Origin: a virus
Strand: one strand, 5' to 3'
DNA length: 64,000 nucleotides
Virus record (IMG/VR): IMGVR_UViG_3300009158_000001
Span: 1-64,000 of that record
The notes under the pieces were generated by a model. That model was given only the letters and a program-made list of their open reading frames with translations. It searched no databases and was not told the DNA's origin. Each line of letters begins with the position of its first letter. The stretch's first letter is position 1. Positions 1 through 8,956 of this stretch are shown here, piece after piece. The translations under genes and the position numbers were made by a program.

Positions 1-264
1 GCAAAGCGCGGTGAGGCATATGAGGATACGATTATTGCCCCTAAGGAGAGCGGTCAGTTCCTTCTTGATATTAAGGAGGCACTTGTTGCTGAGTATGAAA
101 GCCAGACGGGCGGCTCAACGCGCTCGGCATCATCAGGTTCTAAGCCTGCTGCAGGTAAGCCAGCTGCGAAGAGCAGTGTTCCTGACGCATATCTTGCAAA
201 GAAGCCTGCTCCTGCAAAGGTCACAGCTAAGGCTAGCACCTCTGACGAGTGGGAAACCGACTAA
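1..264 (+). CDS. Partial gene (5' end outside window); SpoVG-like / single-stranded nucleic-acid-binding protein with acidic tail
   Basis: Frame 1 is open from base 1: AKRGEAYEDTIIAPKESGQFLLDIKEALVAEYESQTGG...KPAAKSS...STSDEWETD*, with TAA at 262-264. The 'G.Y.D...P......I..A.v.eY' pattern resembles the SpoVG C-terminal half. An Ala/Lys/Pro linker and acidic-aromatic tail are typical of SSBs. Missing from the ORF track because it has no start codon. Confidence 0.5.
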   Translation, partial: AKRGEAYEDTIIAPKESGQFLLDIKEALVAEYESQTGGSTRSASSGSKPAAGKPAAKSSVPDAYLAKKPAPAKVTAKASTSDEWETD

Positions 265-271
265 GGAGTAA

Positions 272-787
272 ATGATGGAAATAGATAAAGATAAAGTTGA
301 GTCTGCAAAGAAAAGCTGCGTAACTGATATCAACCTAGTCAATACTATTTCTTTCAACAAGAAGACTCTGACAGAATGGGCTGAGTATTATCGGATAACT
401 TTACCCGATGATATGACTGTTAAGGACGTCTATAAGCAATTTAGACGAATTGCAGACTTACTTAGTGATGTAAATCACAAGCATAGTCAAGCCGTTCTGG
501 CCAGAGATCTTCATCACTCCGCCATCAAGTCTCGTAAAGCTGCAAAGCTTTTAGAACTTAAGAAAGACAATCCTAAGTTTACTGTAGATCAGCTACAGGC
601 GAGTCTTGATGTAGAGTTCGATGATGATAATACGAAGGAAGTTTTACATAGCTTCCTAGTAGATTTTTTTGAAAGAATTCAGGGTCAACTTATAGGTATG
701 AGACGAGTTCTAGAAAGTGTTGCTTACTCAGTTAATAGTGAGTTAAAAGCATTTGGAAAAGGCTCTGAGGGCTTCGAGACTCAGTGA
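272..787 (+). CDS. Hypothetical helical protein, possibly a UvsY-like recombination mediator
   Basis: 171 aa, AAGGAG SD upstream, all-helical/coiled-coil look. The C-terminal pattern (L..efDdd....e....vDFfe.I...l) loosely resembles UvsY. Lies between the SSB-like gene and the nrdJ/recA genes. Confidence 0.35.
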   Translation: MMEIDKDKVESAKKSCVTDINLVNTISFNKKTLTEWAEYYRITLPDDMTVKDVYKQFRRIADLLSDVNHKHSQAVLARDLHHSAIKSRKAAKLLELKKDNPKFTVDQLQASLDVEFDDDNTKEVLHSFLVDFFERIQGQLIGMRRVLESVAYSVNSELKAFGKGSEGFETQ

Positions 788-838
788 TAAGATAATCCTT
801 ACCCCCTTCTATTTCTCATTATTTTAAGAGAGTTTAAA

Positions 839-2770
839 ATGACAGATATTAATAATTTTTCCCTACAAGACGTAGTGACACCCTGGAGTACTGTAGGCTA
901 TCTTACCTATAAGAGAACCTATGCAAGACGACTTAGTGAGTCTGATCTTAATGGTCCGACCGAGGAATGGACTGACACCGTAGAGCGTGTTCTCAATGCT
1001 AGCGATAAGCAGCTTAAGGTGGGCTTTACGTCTGATGAACGTGCACGGCTTAGGCAGTATATGCTTCAGCTTAAGGGTACCGTTGCTGGCCGCTTTCTGT
1101 GGCAGCTAGGCACTAGGACTGTTAAGGACCTAGGTCTTCCTAGTCTTCAGAACTGTGCCTTTACTGTTGTAGACGGACCTGTTCGTCCATTTACCTGGAC
1201 AATGGATATGCTTATGCTTGGTTGTGGTGTTGGCTATAACATCCAGCGTGAGCACATCAATAAGCTTCCTAAGGTTCGTAAGAACTTTAAGAGCCCAACC
1301 CGTAGAGATCAGGGGGACTCTGACTTCATTGTCTCCGATACAAGAGAAGGTTGGGTTGCACTATTAGCTAAGACTCTTAAGGCTGCATTCCTTGCGGACA
1401 AAAAGAATACATTTACATTTAGCACTCAGCTAATTCGTGGTAAAGGCGCGCCAATCAAAGGCTTTGGTGGCGTAGCTAGCGGTCCTGAGATTCTATGTGA
1501 AGGTATAGCTAATATTGGCAAGGTCCTAGAGAAACGCGCTGGTAAGCAATTACGTAGCGTTGATTGTCTAGACATCATGAATATTATAGGTAGCATTGTA
1601 GTAGCTGGTAACGTTCGACGTAGCGCACAGATTGCCATTGGCGACTGTGACGATATTGAGTTCTTACTTGCTAAACGTTGGGATTTAGGTACTATCCCAA
1701 GTTGGCGTGCAATGTCCAATAATAGTGTAGCTTGTGACGATATCAATGATCTTCCAGATATGTTCTGGGATGGTTACGAAGGCAAGGGAGAGCCTTATGG
1801 TCTAATCAACCTTAAGCTTTCACGTGCTATGGGTCGCCTTGGCGAAACAGAGTATCCTGATCCTGCTGTCATGGGTTACAACCCTTGCGCGGAACAGAGC
1901 CTTGCTAACTTTGAGACTTGCTGTCTTGCCGAAGTATTCCTTCCTAACATAACGAGTGCCGCTGAATTAGCTGACGTATGTAAATTACTTTATCGTATTA
2001 ACAAGCATAGCTTGGCTTTACATTGTCATCACTCAGAGACAGAAGAGATTGTTAATAAGCATATGCGTATGGGTATTGGTATCACTGGATATCTCCAAGC
2101 CACAGACGAGCAAAAGTCTTGGCTCAAAGATGTCTATGGTGAGCTTCGTGCTTACGATGTTGAGTATAGTGCAGCAAAGGGATTCCCTGTTAGCGTTAAG
2201 CTTACCACAGTAAAGCCTAGCGGTACACTTAGCTTACTTCCTGGTGTTACACCTGGTGCTCATCCTGCATATGCTAGACATCTTATTCGTCGTATTCGTA
2301 TTGCTGCTAATCATCCCTTGATTGAAGTAGTACGTTCACACAACTATAAGATTGAGTATCAGGAAAACTTTGATGGTAGTCTTGACTATTCGACTATGGT
2401 CGCTGAGTTTCCGTTTGCCTATCCTGAAGGAACACTTCTAGCTAGGGATATGACAGCTCTTGATCAACTTGCCGTTGTCAAAAAACTCCAACAAGATTGG
2501 TCAGACAATAGTGTATCTTGCACTATTTATTACAGAAAGGAAGAGCTTGATCAGGTTAAGGAATACCTTCGTGAGAACTATACCTTAAACCATAAGAGCC
2601 TTTCATTTTTATTACATTCTGAACATGGTTTCAAGCAAGCTCCTCTTGAAGAAATCACAGAAGATGTGTACAATGAACTGGTTAGAACAACTAAGTTAAT
2701 CAATGGTATTTCATTCGACGCAAGCGTTGATTCCAGCGATTGCGAAGGTGGATTTTGTCCTGTCAAGTAA
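839..2770 (+). CDS. nrdJ: Class II (adenosylcobalamin-dependent) ribonucleotide reductase, monomeric RTPR type
   Basis: Motifs YKRTYAR, AGRFLW, LQNCAF, VAGNVRRSAQIA, NPCAEQ (thiyl radical Cys), ETCCLAE, TTVKPSGT and a C-terminal redox pair CEGGFCPVK. No class I beta subunit nearby. Confidence 0.95.
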   Translation: MTDINNFSLQDVVTPWSTVGYLTYKRTYARRLSESDLNGPTEEWTDTVERVLNASDKQLKVGFTSDERARLRQYMLQLKGTVAGRFLWQLGTRTVKDLGLPSLQNCAFTVVDGPVRPFTWTMDMLMLGCGVGYNIQREHINKLPKVRKNFKSPTRRDQGDSDFIVSDTREGWVALLAKTLKAAFLADKKNTFTFSTQLIRGKGAPIKGFGGVASGPEILCEGIANIGKVLEKRAGKQLRSVDCLDIMNIIGSIVVAGNVRRSAQIAIGDCDDIEFLLAKRWDLGTIPSWRAMSNNSVACDDINDLPDMFWDGYEGKGEPYGLINLKLSRAMGRLGETEYPDPAVMGYNPCAEQSLANFETCCLAEVFLPNITSAAELADVCKLLYRINKHSLALHCHHSETEEIVNKHMRMGIGITGYLQATDEQKSWLKDVYGELRAYDVEYSAAKGFPVSVKLTTVKPSGTLSLLPGVTPGAHPAYARHLIRRIRIAANHPLIEVVRSHNYKIEYQENFDGSLDYSTMVAEFPFAYPEGTLLARDMTALDQLAVVKKLQQDWSDNSVSCTIYYRKEELDQVKEYLRENYTLNHKSLSFLLHSEHGFKQAPLEEITEDVYNELVRTTKLINGISFDASVDSSDCEGGFCPVK

Positions 2771-2777
2771 GGTACTT

Positions 2778-2975
2778 ATGGAAAATTTAGATCCTAAAGT
2801 CAAAACAGATTCTCAAGATCTTTTGCGACTTCTTAAAGATATTTTTGCATTAGAACTTACTGACACGCAGAAAGAAAAGCTTAGCCTATTTATGGCCGGA
2901 AAAGGAAGTCTTTCCTTGAATGGCCGTAAATATACCAAAGAAGACTTAAAAGATTTGTTCTATTCACAGGGCTAA
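2778..2975 (+). CDS. Small hypothetical protein (65 aa)
   Basis: ATG at 2778 after AAGG, in the frame of track ORF 2703..2975. Fills the nrdJ-recA gap. Confidence 0.6.
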   Translation: MENLDPKVKTDSQDLLRLLKDIFALELTDTQKEKLSLFMAGKGSLSLNGRKYTKEDLKDLFYSQG

Positions 2976-3001
2976 TTAAACAATACAACTATGAGGTTTA
3001 T

Positions 3002-4138
3002 ATGTCAGAAGAAATGAATGGAGTGAATGGCGACTGGGAACATGAAGATAATTTCAGTACTCCTGGAGCCAGCACATGGAATGCAAAAACATTTAATGCA
3101 TTCAAGATGAGTAAGCTAAAGCAATACGGCGAAGATCTTATTCTTGTCACTGGCAAGGATAGCCTCCCCGTCTTTAGCTTTGTTCCAACAGGTGATCCCT
3201 GTTTAGATAGTCTACTTGGTGGCTTTGGTGATAATGCCGGTTGGCCTCGTGGTACTTTCATTGAGATTGCTGGAGAAGAATCATCTGGCAAGACTACATT
3301 AATGTACGAAGCTCTAGCTAGTTTTGCTAGAACTTTCCCTGATCGTGGCATTGCTTTCATTGATATGGAAGGTAACTTTGACTCAGAGTATGCAAGACAC
3401 CTTGGTGTTCCTGTGGACGAAGAGCGCTTTGTTTATAGTCTTCCTCAGAATGGCAAGCAAGCTCTTACGTTGCTAGATCAGCTTGTTCGTAGTGGCATGT
3501 TTTCATGTGTTGCTCTAGATAGCTGGGCTGCTATTAGTCCTCCTGCTAGTGCTGATACTAATGCAGAAGCTGGCGATGGTGCAATCGGTTGGCATGCCTT
3601 GCTTAGCTCGAAGGTTTTAGGTCGTCTTGCTACTGCTTATAAGGCCTATGACTGTACGTTCATTACGAGTAATCAGATGAGAGTTAATATTACTCCAATG
3701 GGTGCCCGTGGTACTATCACTACAGGTGGTCGCGCTATTCGCTATTATGCTAGACTTCGTCTTAAGATTCTTCCTATCCCTGGTGATGGTAAAGAGAATC
3801 TTAGAAAGGTTCAGATCGTTAAGGCTCAGGGCGCAGCTCGTGCTGAGGATGAGGTAGAGATTAGTATTAAGTGGGGTATCGGTCTTGACCGAGTTGACTC
3901 CCTTATCACTATGGGTCTAGCTCAGAAGCATATTGTTGCAGCTGGTGCATGGCTACAGATTCCTGCAATTGGTCTTAAGGTTCAGGGTAGAAATAATCTT
4001 TCTGAGAATCTTAGAAGCGATGCAGGAGCAAGAGCTTCTCTTTGTGATCTATTAGGTGTCGCACATTTTGATGCTAGATATCCGTTGTCTCGTAAGCGTA
4101 AGATTTCTTTCGCTGAGGAAACACCGGACAAGGAGTAA
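3002..4138 (+). CDS. recA: RecA/UvsX recombinase
   Basis: PTGDPCLDSLLG, GWPRGTFIEIAGEESSGKTT (Walker A), AFIDME, ALDSWAA (Walker B), SNQMR, TTGGRAIRYYARLRL, VQGRNN. Confidence 0.95.
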   Translation: MSEEMNGVNGDWEHEDNFSTPGASTWNAKTFNAFKMSKLKQYGEDLILVTGKDSLPVFSFVPTGDPCLDSLLGGFGDNAGWPRGTFIEIAGEESSGKTTLMYEALASFARTFPDRGIAFIDMEGNFDSEYARHLGVPVDEERFVYSLPQNGKQALTLLDQLVRSGMFSCVALDSWAAISPPASADTNAEAGDGAIGWHALLSSKVLGRLATAYKAYDCTFITSNQMRVNITPMGARGTITTGGRAIRYYARLRLKILPIPGDGKENLRKVQIVKAQGAARAEDEVEISIKWGIGLDRVDSLITMGLAQKHIVAAGAWLQIPAIGLKVQGRNNLSENLRSDAGARASLCDLLGVAHFDARYPLSRKRKISFAEETPDKE

Positions 4139-4140
4139 AA

Positions 4141-5229
4141 ATGTCTACAATTAATAACAAGCAATTAGAGCTTGCTATTAGAATCTCCCTGGACGCAGAT
4201 ATCCCTGTCTGCGTCTGGGGAGCCAGTGGTATTGGTAAGAGTACAATCATTGAGCAGACTACTAGGAGCTTCTTTGCTGATATAAAAGCAGATGTTCCTA
4301 TGTTCTGTAACAGTGAGTTTGCTAGTGTTAAGATTGATAAGTTAGGTCCTCAGACCTTTTACGATCTTCGTCTTGCGCATACTGACACAGCTGACTGGGG
4401 TATTCCAGTTGTTGATCATCAGTATATGACTCATAGTAAGACGCGGCCATCTTGGATTCCTGCTAGTCTCAGTGGTATCTATGTCCTATTTGCTGACGAG
4501 TTAAACCGCGGCACGCAAGAAGGTATAAATGCAATGATGAGTATCACCGCAGAACGTCGCCTTGGAGAGTATAAACTACCTCCTGTTAGTCGTTTACTTT
4601 CTGCTTGTAACCCACCTACTGGAGAATTCAATACAGATACACTTGATAAAGCAATGAAAGCTAGATGGAGTCATGTCCATTACGCACTAGACACCAACTC
4701 CTTTCTTGAATCAAGACTAGGTCACATTGATCCAGCGTTTAGCTTTATACTTAATAATAGTACTGATCTAGTAGAAGGATTCCAGAATAACCAGCTAACT
4801 GGTAACTGGTCTGTTGAGAAAGAAGTTAGCCCATGTCCTCGTACTATTGAGATACTTGCTAGACTTGCGGCTTGGTGCATGTGGTGGAAGGTTAATAATA
4901 ATAATCAGAACATCACAGGCAACTTAAGAGAAGCAATTATTGCTCTTGCCAGTGGACTAGTCAAAGCAAACCTTGCTTTCAAGTGGTTCCAAATTCTCAA
5001 CGGGAAAGACTGGCTAGCAGATGCAAGCTTCTATAATGGTAAGCTTGAAGCCTGGTTAAAGACTCCAGATGTGACTAGGTCAGAACTAGTTGGCATCTAC
5101 TTTACATATAGAAATCTAATTCCTAATATGTCGCAAGAACAACTTGATCAAACTAAGTACCTAAGAGATTACGCTAAAAAGTTTGTCCCTGAATTCTATG
5201 AAATGATTAACCTTCATATAAAGAAATAA
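4141..5229 (+). CDS. MoxR-like AAA+ ATPase
   Basis: Walker A WGASGIGKS, YDLRL, Walker B LFADELNRG, SACNP, and Arg-finger region LDKAMKARW. Stop overlaps the next start (TAATG). Confidence 0.85.
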   Translation: MSTINNKQLELAIRISLDADIPVCVWGASGIGKSTIIEQTTRSFFADIKADVPMFCNSEFASVKIDKLGPQTFYDLRLAHTDTADWGIPVVDHQYMTHSKTRPSWIPASLSGIYVLFADELNRGTQEGINAMMSITAERRLGEYKLPPVSRLLSACNPPTGEFNTDTLDKAMKARWSHVHYALDTNSFLESRLGHIDPAFSFILNNSTDLVEGFQNNQLTGNWSVEKEVSPCPRTIEILARLAAWCMWWKVNNNNQNITGNLREAIIALASGLVKANLAFKWFQILNGKDWLADASFYNGKLEAWLKTPDVTRSELVGIYFTYRNLIPNMSQEQLDQTKYLRDYAKKFVPEFYEMINLHIKK

Positions 5230-6665
5230 TGGATGTTTTAAAGAAAGTTTATGCTGATAAGATTACTAACCTTTGTCGTTCTTTGATTGCTATCAAGGAA
5301 GGCAAAGATAGTCCTGTTACAGACTACAATTCATATGCAATTGCTTATACTTTTGTTGATCTAACTGAGTACTTGATTTGTTTAGACAGATACTTCTTAT
5401 CTAAAGAGGAAGCTGTAGCCGAAGGTTTTAATCCTGAGTTTATAGCTTGCATTGCCTGGACTCCTAGCACCAAAGAATATGCTTTATACTTTAACATAGA
5501 AAACATTAGCAGATTAAGTGATAAGACTTTTTACTTTATTCTGCTGCATGAGCTTAAGCATTTTGTTTATGCTCATCCTATTTCTATGTTTAAGATTCCA
5601 GCTGAAGATCGCTATCTTATGAATGTTGCTCAGGATATGAAAATTAATACTGAGTTACTTTATGAATATGTAGAATCTTTTACTAAGCTAGATGACCCTA
5701 GCGAATTTATAAACTATCCTCTCCAGAATGCCAAAGGCAAATTTTTCTTTAATGCTTTTCGTATTGACGAAGAAGCTGCCTTTGCTCATCCTGATTTGTC
5801 TGCTTATTACTTACACCCTAATAGTAAATTGTTCCATGCAGACCATGGCATAAGAAAAGGAATTTATAATGTCACAACTAATGAAATATTTAATTGGCTA
5901 AAAAATAGTCCCGATTATCAGGACTTTATAGAAAAACAAAAACAAAATGAAATAAATCAATTAAGTATGGACATGGTCCTTGACGACAGTGATATCTCCC
6001 AAGAGGAACAAGCTGAAAGAATTAGTTCAATTGAGAAGCAAATTGCAAAGATTGCAGAAGTAAACAAAACTCCTTTCTTATCAAATGATAAGCTAGACAA
6101 ATTTGATAGTAAGAATATTCAAGTAAAAACCTACGAAGGAGACGCTGTTCTTTTTCTAAAGAGTTTAACTAGACCTGGAAAAAGATACAAGACTGGAGTA
6201 TCATGGGCAAGCTATAACGTAGTTCTACCCAGAATCTTACCTGGTCCTAAGAAATCAGATAAGCCTCTAATTGCTTGTATTTTCGATACTTCTGGAAGTA
6301 TTGATACTCAGCTTGCTGAAAAGTTTGTATCTTATTTAAGGAAGCTAGCAAGTTCTGCTAGTGTTCATTATGTTATGAATGATAGTGAGGTGAGAGGAGA
6401 CATAGAGAAGGCAAGAAATAAAAACTTTGCAGAGACGATTGAATGGAAAGGCGGCGGCTGCACAGATTTAAATCCGGCGTTAAAAATAATTGGCAAATAC
6501 AACGGACGATATAAATACGATGCAGTGCTTTGCTTTACAGACGGCATAATTCCTGAAATACAAAAAGAACTTATTCCTGAAAACTTCTATCTAATACTGC
6601 CTAGTGATTACAAAAAATTTGCTAAATCTGAGTTTCTTGAGAGGTACAACAAACTACTTTTGTAA
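5229..6665 (+). CDS. Putative metallopeptidase (HExxH) + VWA-like domain protein (DUF2201-type)
   Basis: ILLHELKHF zinc motif followed by NVAQDMKIN. C-terminal MIDAS-type FDTSGSI ... GGGCTD ... FTDG. Confidence 0.85.
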   Translation: MDVLKKVYADKITNLCRSLIAIKEGKDSPVTDYNSYAIAYTFVDLTEYLICLDRYFLSKEEAVAEGFNPEFIACIAWTPSTKEYALYFNIENISRLSDKTFYFILLHELKHFVYAHPISMFKIPAEDRYLMNVAQDMKINTELLYEYVESFTKLDDPSEFINYPLQNAKGKFFFNAFRIDEEAAFAHPDLSAYYLHPNSKLFHADHGIRKGIYNVTTNEIFNWLKNSPDYQDFIEKQKQNEINQLSMDMVLDDSDISQEEQAERISSIEKQIAKIAEVNKTPFLSNDKLDKFDSKNIQVKTYEGDAVLFLKSLTRPGKRYKTGVSWASYNVVLPRILPGPKKSDKPLIACIFDTSGSIDTQLAEKFVSYLRKLASSASVHYVMNDSEVRGDIEKARNKNFAETIEWKGGGCTDLNPALKIIGKYNGRYKYDAVLCFTDGIIPEIQKELIPENFYLILPSDYKKFAKSEFLERYNKLLL

Positions 6666-6673
6666 GGAAGCCA

Positions 6674-7576
6674 ATGCAAGAACCAAAGGAAGTATTTCAT
6701 CCGACCATAATTGATGTAGAATATTCTGCAGACTTAGGTCCATTGTTCACGGATGACCCTGTTACTATTGATGATCTAGATTTTGATCCTTGGTTCGAAA
6801 TGTCAGCACCGCCAGTTAATAGCTATTGGTGCTTTAGACATGGTAGCTATAGCGCTCTTAAGAGATGGAACGGCGAAGCATTAGTCAACATTAATTTACC
6901 TACAGTTAAGAAGTTTGCTCCTAAAAATCTAGAGCAGAAATACTTACTCTCTGCATTGTATGATCAAAGTGTTCCAATGCTTACAGTCTTTGGCGGAGCT
7001 GGCTCTGGCAAGACCTATGTAACAATGGTTGCTGCGATTAATATGCTTGACGAGAAAAAGTTTGACAAAATTATCTTGACAAAGAGCAGAGCCCAAGCTA
7101 CCACCAGCAGTGGCGGTAGAATTGGCGATGTTCCAGGTACAATTATAGACAAGATGAGACCAGTATTCAGCTCCTATGAGCGTGCTCTTGCTAAGATCTG
7201 GGGTAAGACCTACCTAAAGATCTTTGAGCAGAAGCTTGAGGAAGGAAAGATTGAGTGCATTCCTTTGGAATATATGCGTGGCGAAGACTTTACAAATGCA
7301 TTAGTCATTTGCGATGAAGCACAGAACGTTGAGATCCATCAGTTTAAAACTCTAATCACTCGTTTAGGTGAGAAGAGTAAGTTAATACTTATGGCTGATA
7401 CAGATCAGATTGACGAAAAAGAAAATCGCAAGGGCAAACCTTGCCCAGTGCTTCAAACAATTGGACTTGACATCTATCAGCAGAGTCTTCTTACTAGCTT
7501 TATCGAACTTATCGAAATTGAGCGCAGTCCTTTGGCTGAACTCGGAATCCAGATTTGTAAGAAACTAGTAGATTAA
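6674..7576 (+). CDS. phoH: PhoH-family ATPase
   Basis: GGAGSGKT, IGDVPG, EYMRGEDF, ICDEAQN, ITRLGEKSK, ADTDQID, ERSPLAE. Confidence 0.9.
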   Translation: MQEPKEVFHPTIIDVEYSADLGPLFTDDPVTIDDLDFDPWFEMSAPPVNSYWCFRHGSYSALKRWNGEALVNINLPTVKKFAPKNLEQKYLLSALYDQSVPMLTVFGGAGSGKTYVTMVAAINMLDEKKFDKIILTKSRAQATTSSGGRIGDVPGTIIDKMRPVFSSYERALAKIWGKTYLKIFEQKLEEGKIECIPLEYMRGEDFTNALVICDEAQNVEIHQFKTLITRLGEKSKLILMADTDQIDEKENRKGKPCPVLQTIGLDIYQQSLLTSFIELIEIERSPLAELGIQICKKLVD

Positions 7577-7588
7577 TACTTTTTGCTA

Positions 7589-7617
7589 TTGCAAACCAAG
7601 TGGCGGCGGGCTATATT
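7589..7617 (+). promoter_or_regulatory. Sigma70-type promoter upstream of dnaE-N
   Basis: TTGCAA (7589-7594), 17 nt spacer, TATATT (7612-7617). The -10 hexamer and spacing match the tRNA promoter. Confidence 0.55.
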
Positions 7618-7641
7618 TAGCCTTGTCGCCTATTGGTGTTT
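7593..7641 (+). other. GC-rich imperfect inverted repeat (possible terminator or operator) overlapping that promoter
   Basis: ACCAA-GT-GGCGGCGGGCTA / loop TATT / TAGCCT-T-GTCGCC-TA-TTGGT, followed by GTTTATT. Confidence 0.6.
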
Positions 7642-7672
7642 ATTGATCTTTAAACTTAAACGAGAGAATAAT

Positions 7673-8956
7673 ATGGGAATGGTACATCTTCATGCGCATA
7701 GTTACTACTCATTACTTGATGGCTTACAGCCTGCAGATGAAATGGGTAAGACTGTAGCTGCCAGAGGAATGAATGCAGTTGCATTGACAGATCATGGATA
7801 TATGGGTGGCATCCCAGAATTCGTAAAAGGCTGCCGTGCAGCTAATGTAAAGCCTATCATTGGTAATGAAACATACCTTGCTTTTGGCGACGCCAAGACT
7901 AAGTCTGACTTTATGCCAGAGAATGGCGTAGCCGAGAAGGCTGTTAACAATGGCCACTTCCTATTACTTGCCAAGAACGAAGAAGGCTACAAGAACCTAA
8001 TGAAGCTTACTAAGTATTCATATGAAGATGGCTTTTATCGCTATCCTCGTATTGATCTAGATACTTTTAAGCAGCACGCCACAGGCTTGATTGCTACTAG
8101 TACTTGTATCAGTAGTCAATGCTTCAAGTATTGGCACTGGGGTGAGCATGCAAAGATAGATAGATGGTGTGATGAAGTCAGAGAGGCAGTCGGACACGAC
8201 AGCTTCTTTCTTGAGCTTCAGCATAATAACGTTGAAAAACAATATGGTTACAATCAATATCTAATTGATCTAAGCAAGAGGAAGAATATTCCTCTTGTAC
8301 TTACAGCTGATGCTCATCATCAGAATCAAGATCAGTATAAGCTACGTAGCTATGTTATGTGCGTAAGCATGCATAAGACTCCAGACACAATGCCATATGA
8401 AGTTCAAGATCATAATGCTTGGATGTATGATGCCGAGTTTGCAAAGACTCTTTGTGATGACTGGCAGTTACCACATGAGGCAATTACTAATACTCAGCAT
8501 GTAGCAGATCTCGTAGATGGTGACTACTTTGAGCGAGTAACCAAAGCGCCTAACCTTCAACTCGAAGGCATGACGCCCGAAGGGACAAGCTTAATGCTTC
8601 TTAAGAAAGCTAAGGCTGGACTTATCTCTCGTCTTGGCGTAAAGAGTTGGACTGATGTCCCTAAAGCCTACAAGGATAGAATTAGATATGAGTTCCAAGT
8701 CATTGACGAGGCACGCTATAGTTCTTATTTCCTTGTCGTTCAAGACTATGTTAGCCTGGCTAAGGGTATGGGTATACCTGTTGGCCCAGCTCGTGGTTCT
8801 GGTGGCGGATCTTTGATCTCATGGTCACTAGGGATCACAGCTAAGCATCTTGATCCTGTTAAGCATGGTCTATTGTTTGAACGCTTTCTCAATCCTGGTC
8901 GAGTAAGAATTACATTAGATTACTCAGAAGATATGAAAGAGCTTGAAAATGCCTAA
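7673..8956 (+). CDS. dnaE: DNA polymerase III alpha (DnaE-type), N-terminal part: PHP domain + first part of palm
   Basis: HLHAHSYYSLLDG, ALTDHG, GNETY, HFLLLAKNEEGYKNLMKL, GFYRYPRID, TADAH, SYFLVVQDYV, GPARGSGGGSLISWSLGIT, GLLFERFLNPGRV, then a stop 16 residues later. The ATG at 7673 is preferred over the track TTG at 7583. Confidence 0.93.
   Translation: MGMVHLHAHSYYSLLDGLQPADEMGKTVAARGMNAVALTDHGYMGGIPEFVKGCRAANVKPIIGNETYLAFGDAKTKSDFMPENGVAEKAVNNGHFLLLAKNEEGYKNLMKLTKYSYEDGFYRYPRIDLDTFKQHATGLIATSTCISSQCFKYWHWGEHAKIDRWCDEVREAVGHDSFFLELQHNNVEKQYGYNQYLIDLSKRKNIPLVLTADAHHQNQDQYKLRSYVMCVSMHKTPDTMPYEVQDHNAWMYDAEFAKTLCDDWQLPHEAITNTQHVADLVDGDYFERVTKAPNLQLEGMTPEGTSLMLLKKAKAGLISRLGVKSWTDVPKAYKDRIRYEFQVIDEARYSSYFLVVQDYVSLAKGMGIPVGPARGSGGGSLISWSLGITAKHLDPVKHGLLFERFLNPGRVRITLDYSEDMKELENA

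Noticed and set aside
11-271. Track ORF 86 aa (+) and antisense ORFs 54..239 and 133..360
   Set aside because: These are shadows of the frame-1 partial gene 1..264, which has phage-like codon usage and a sensible protein architecture.
7583-7672. 30 aa N-terminal extension of DnaE-N from the TTG at 7583
   Set aside because: It runs through the promoter/hairpin. The PHP motif begins right after the ATG at 7673.
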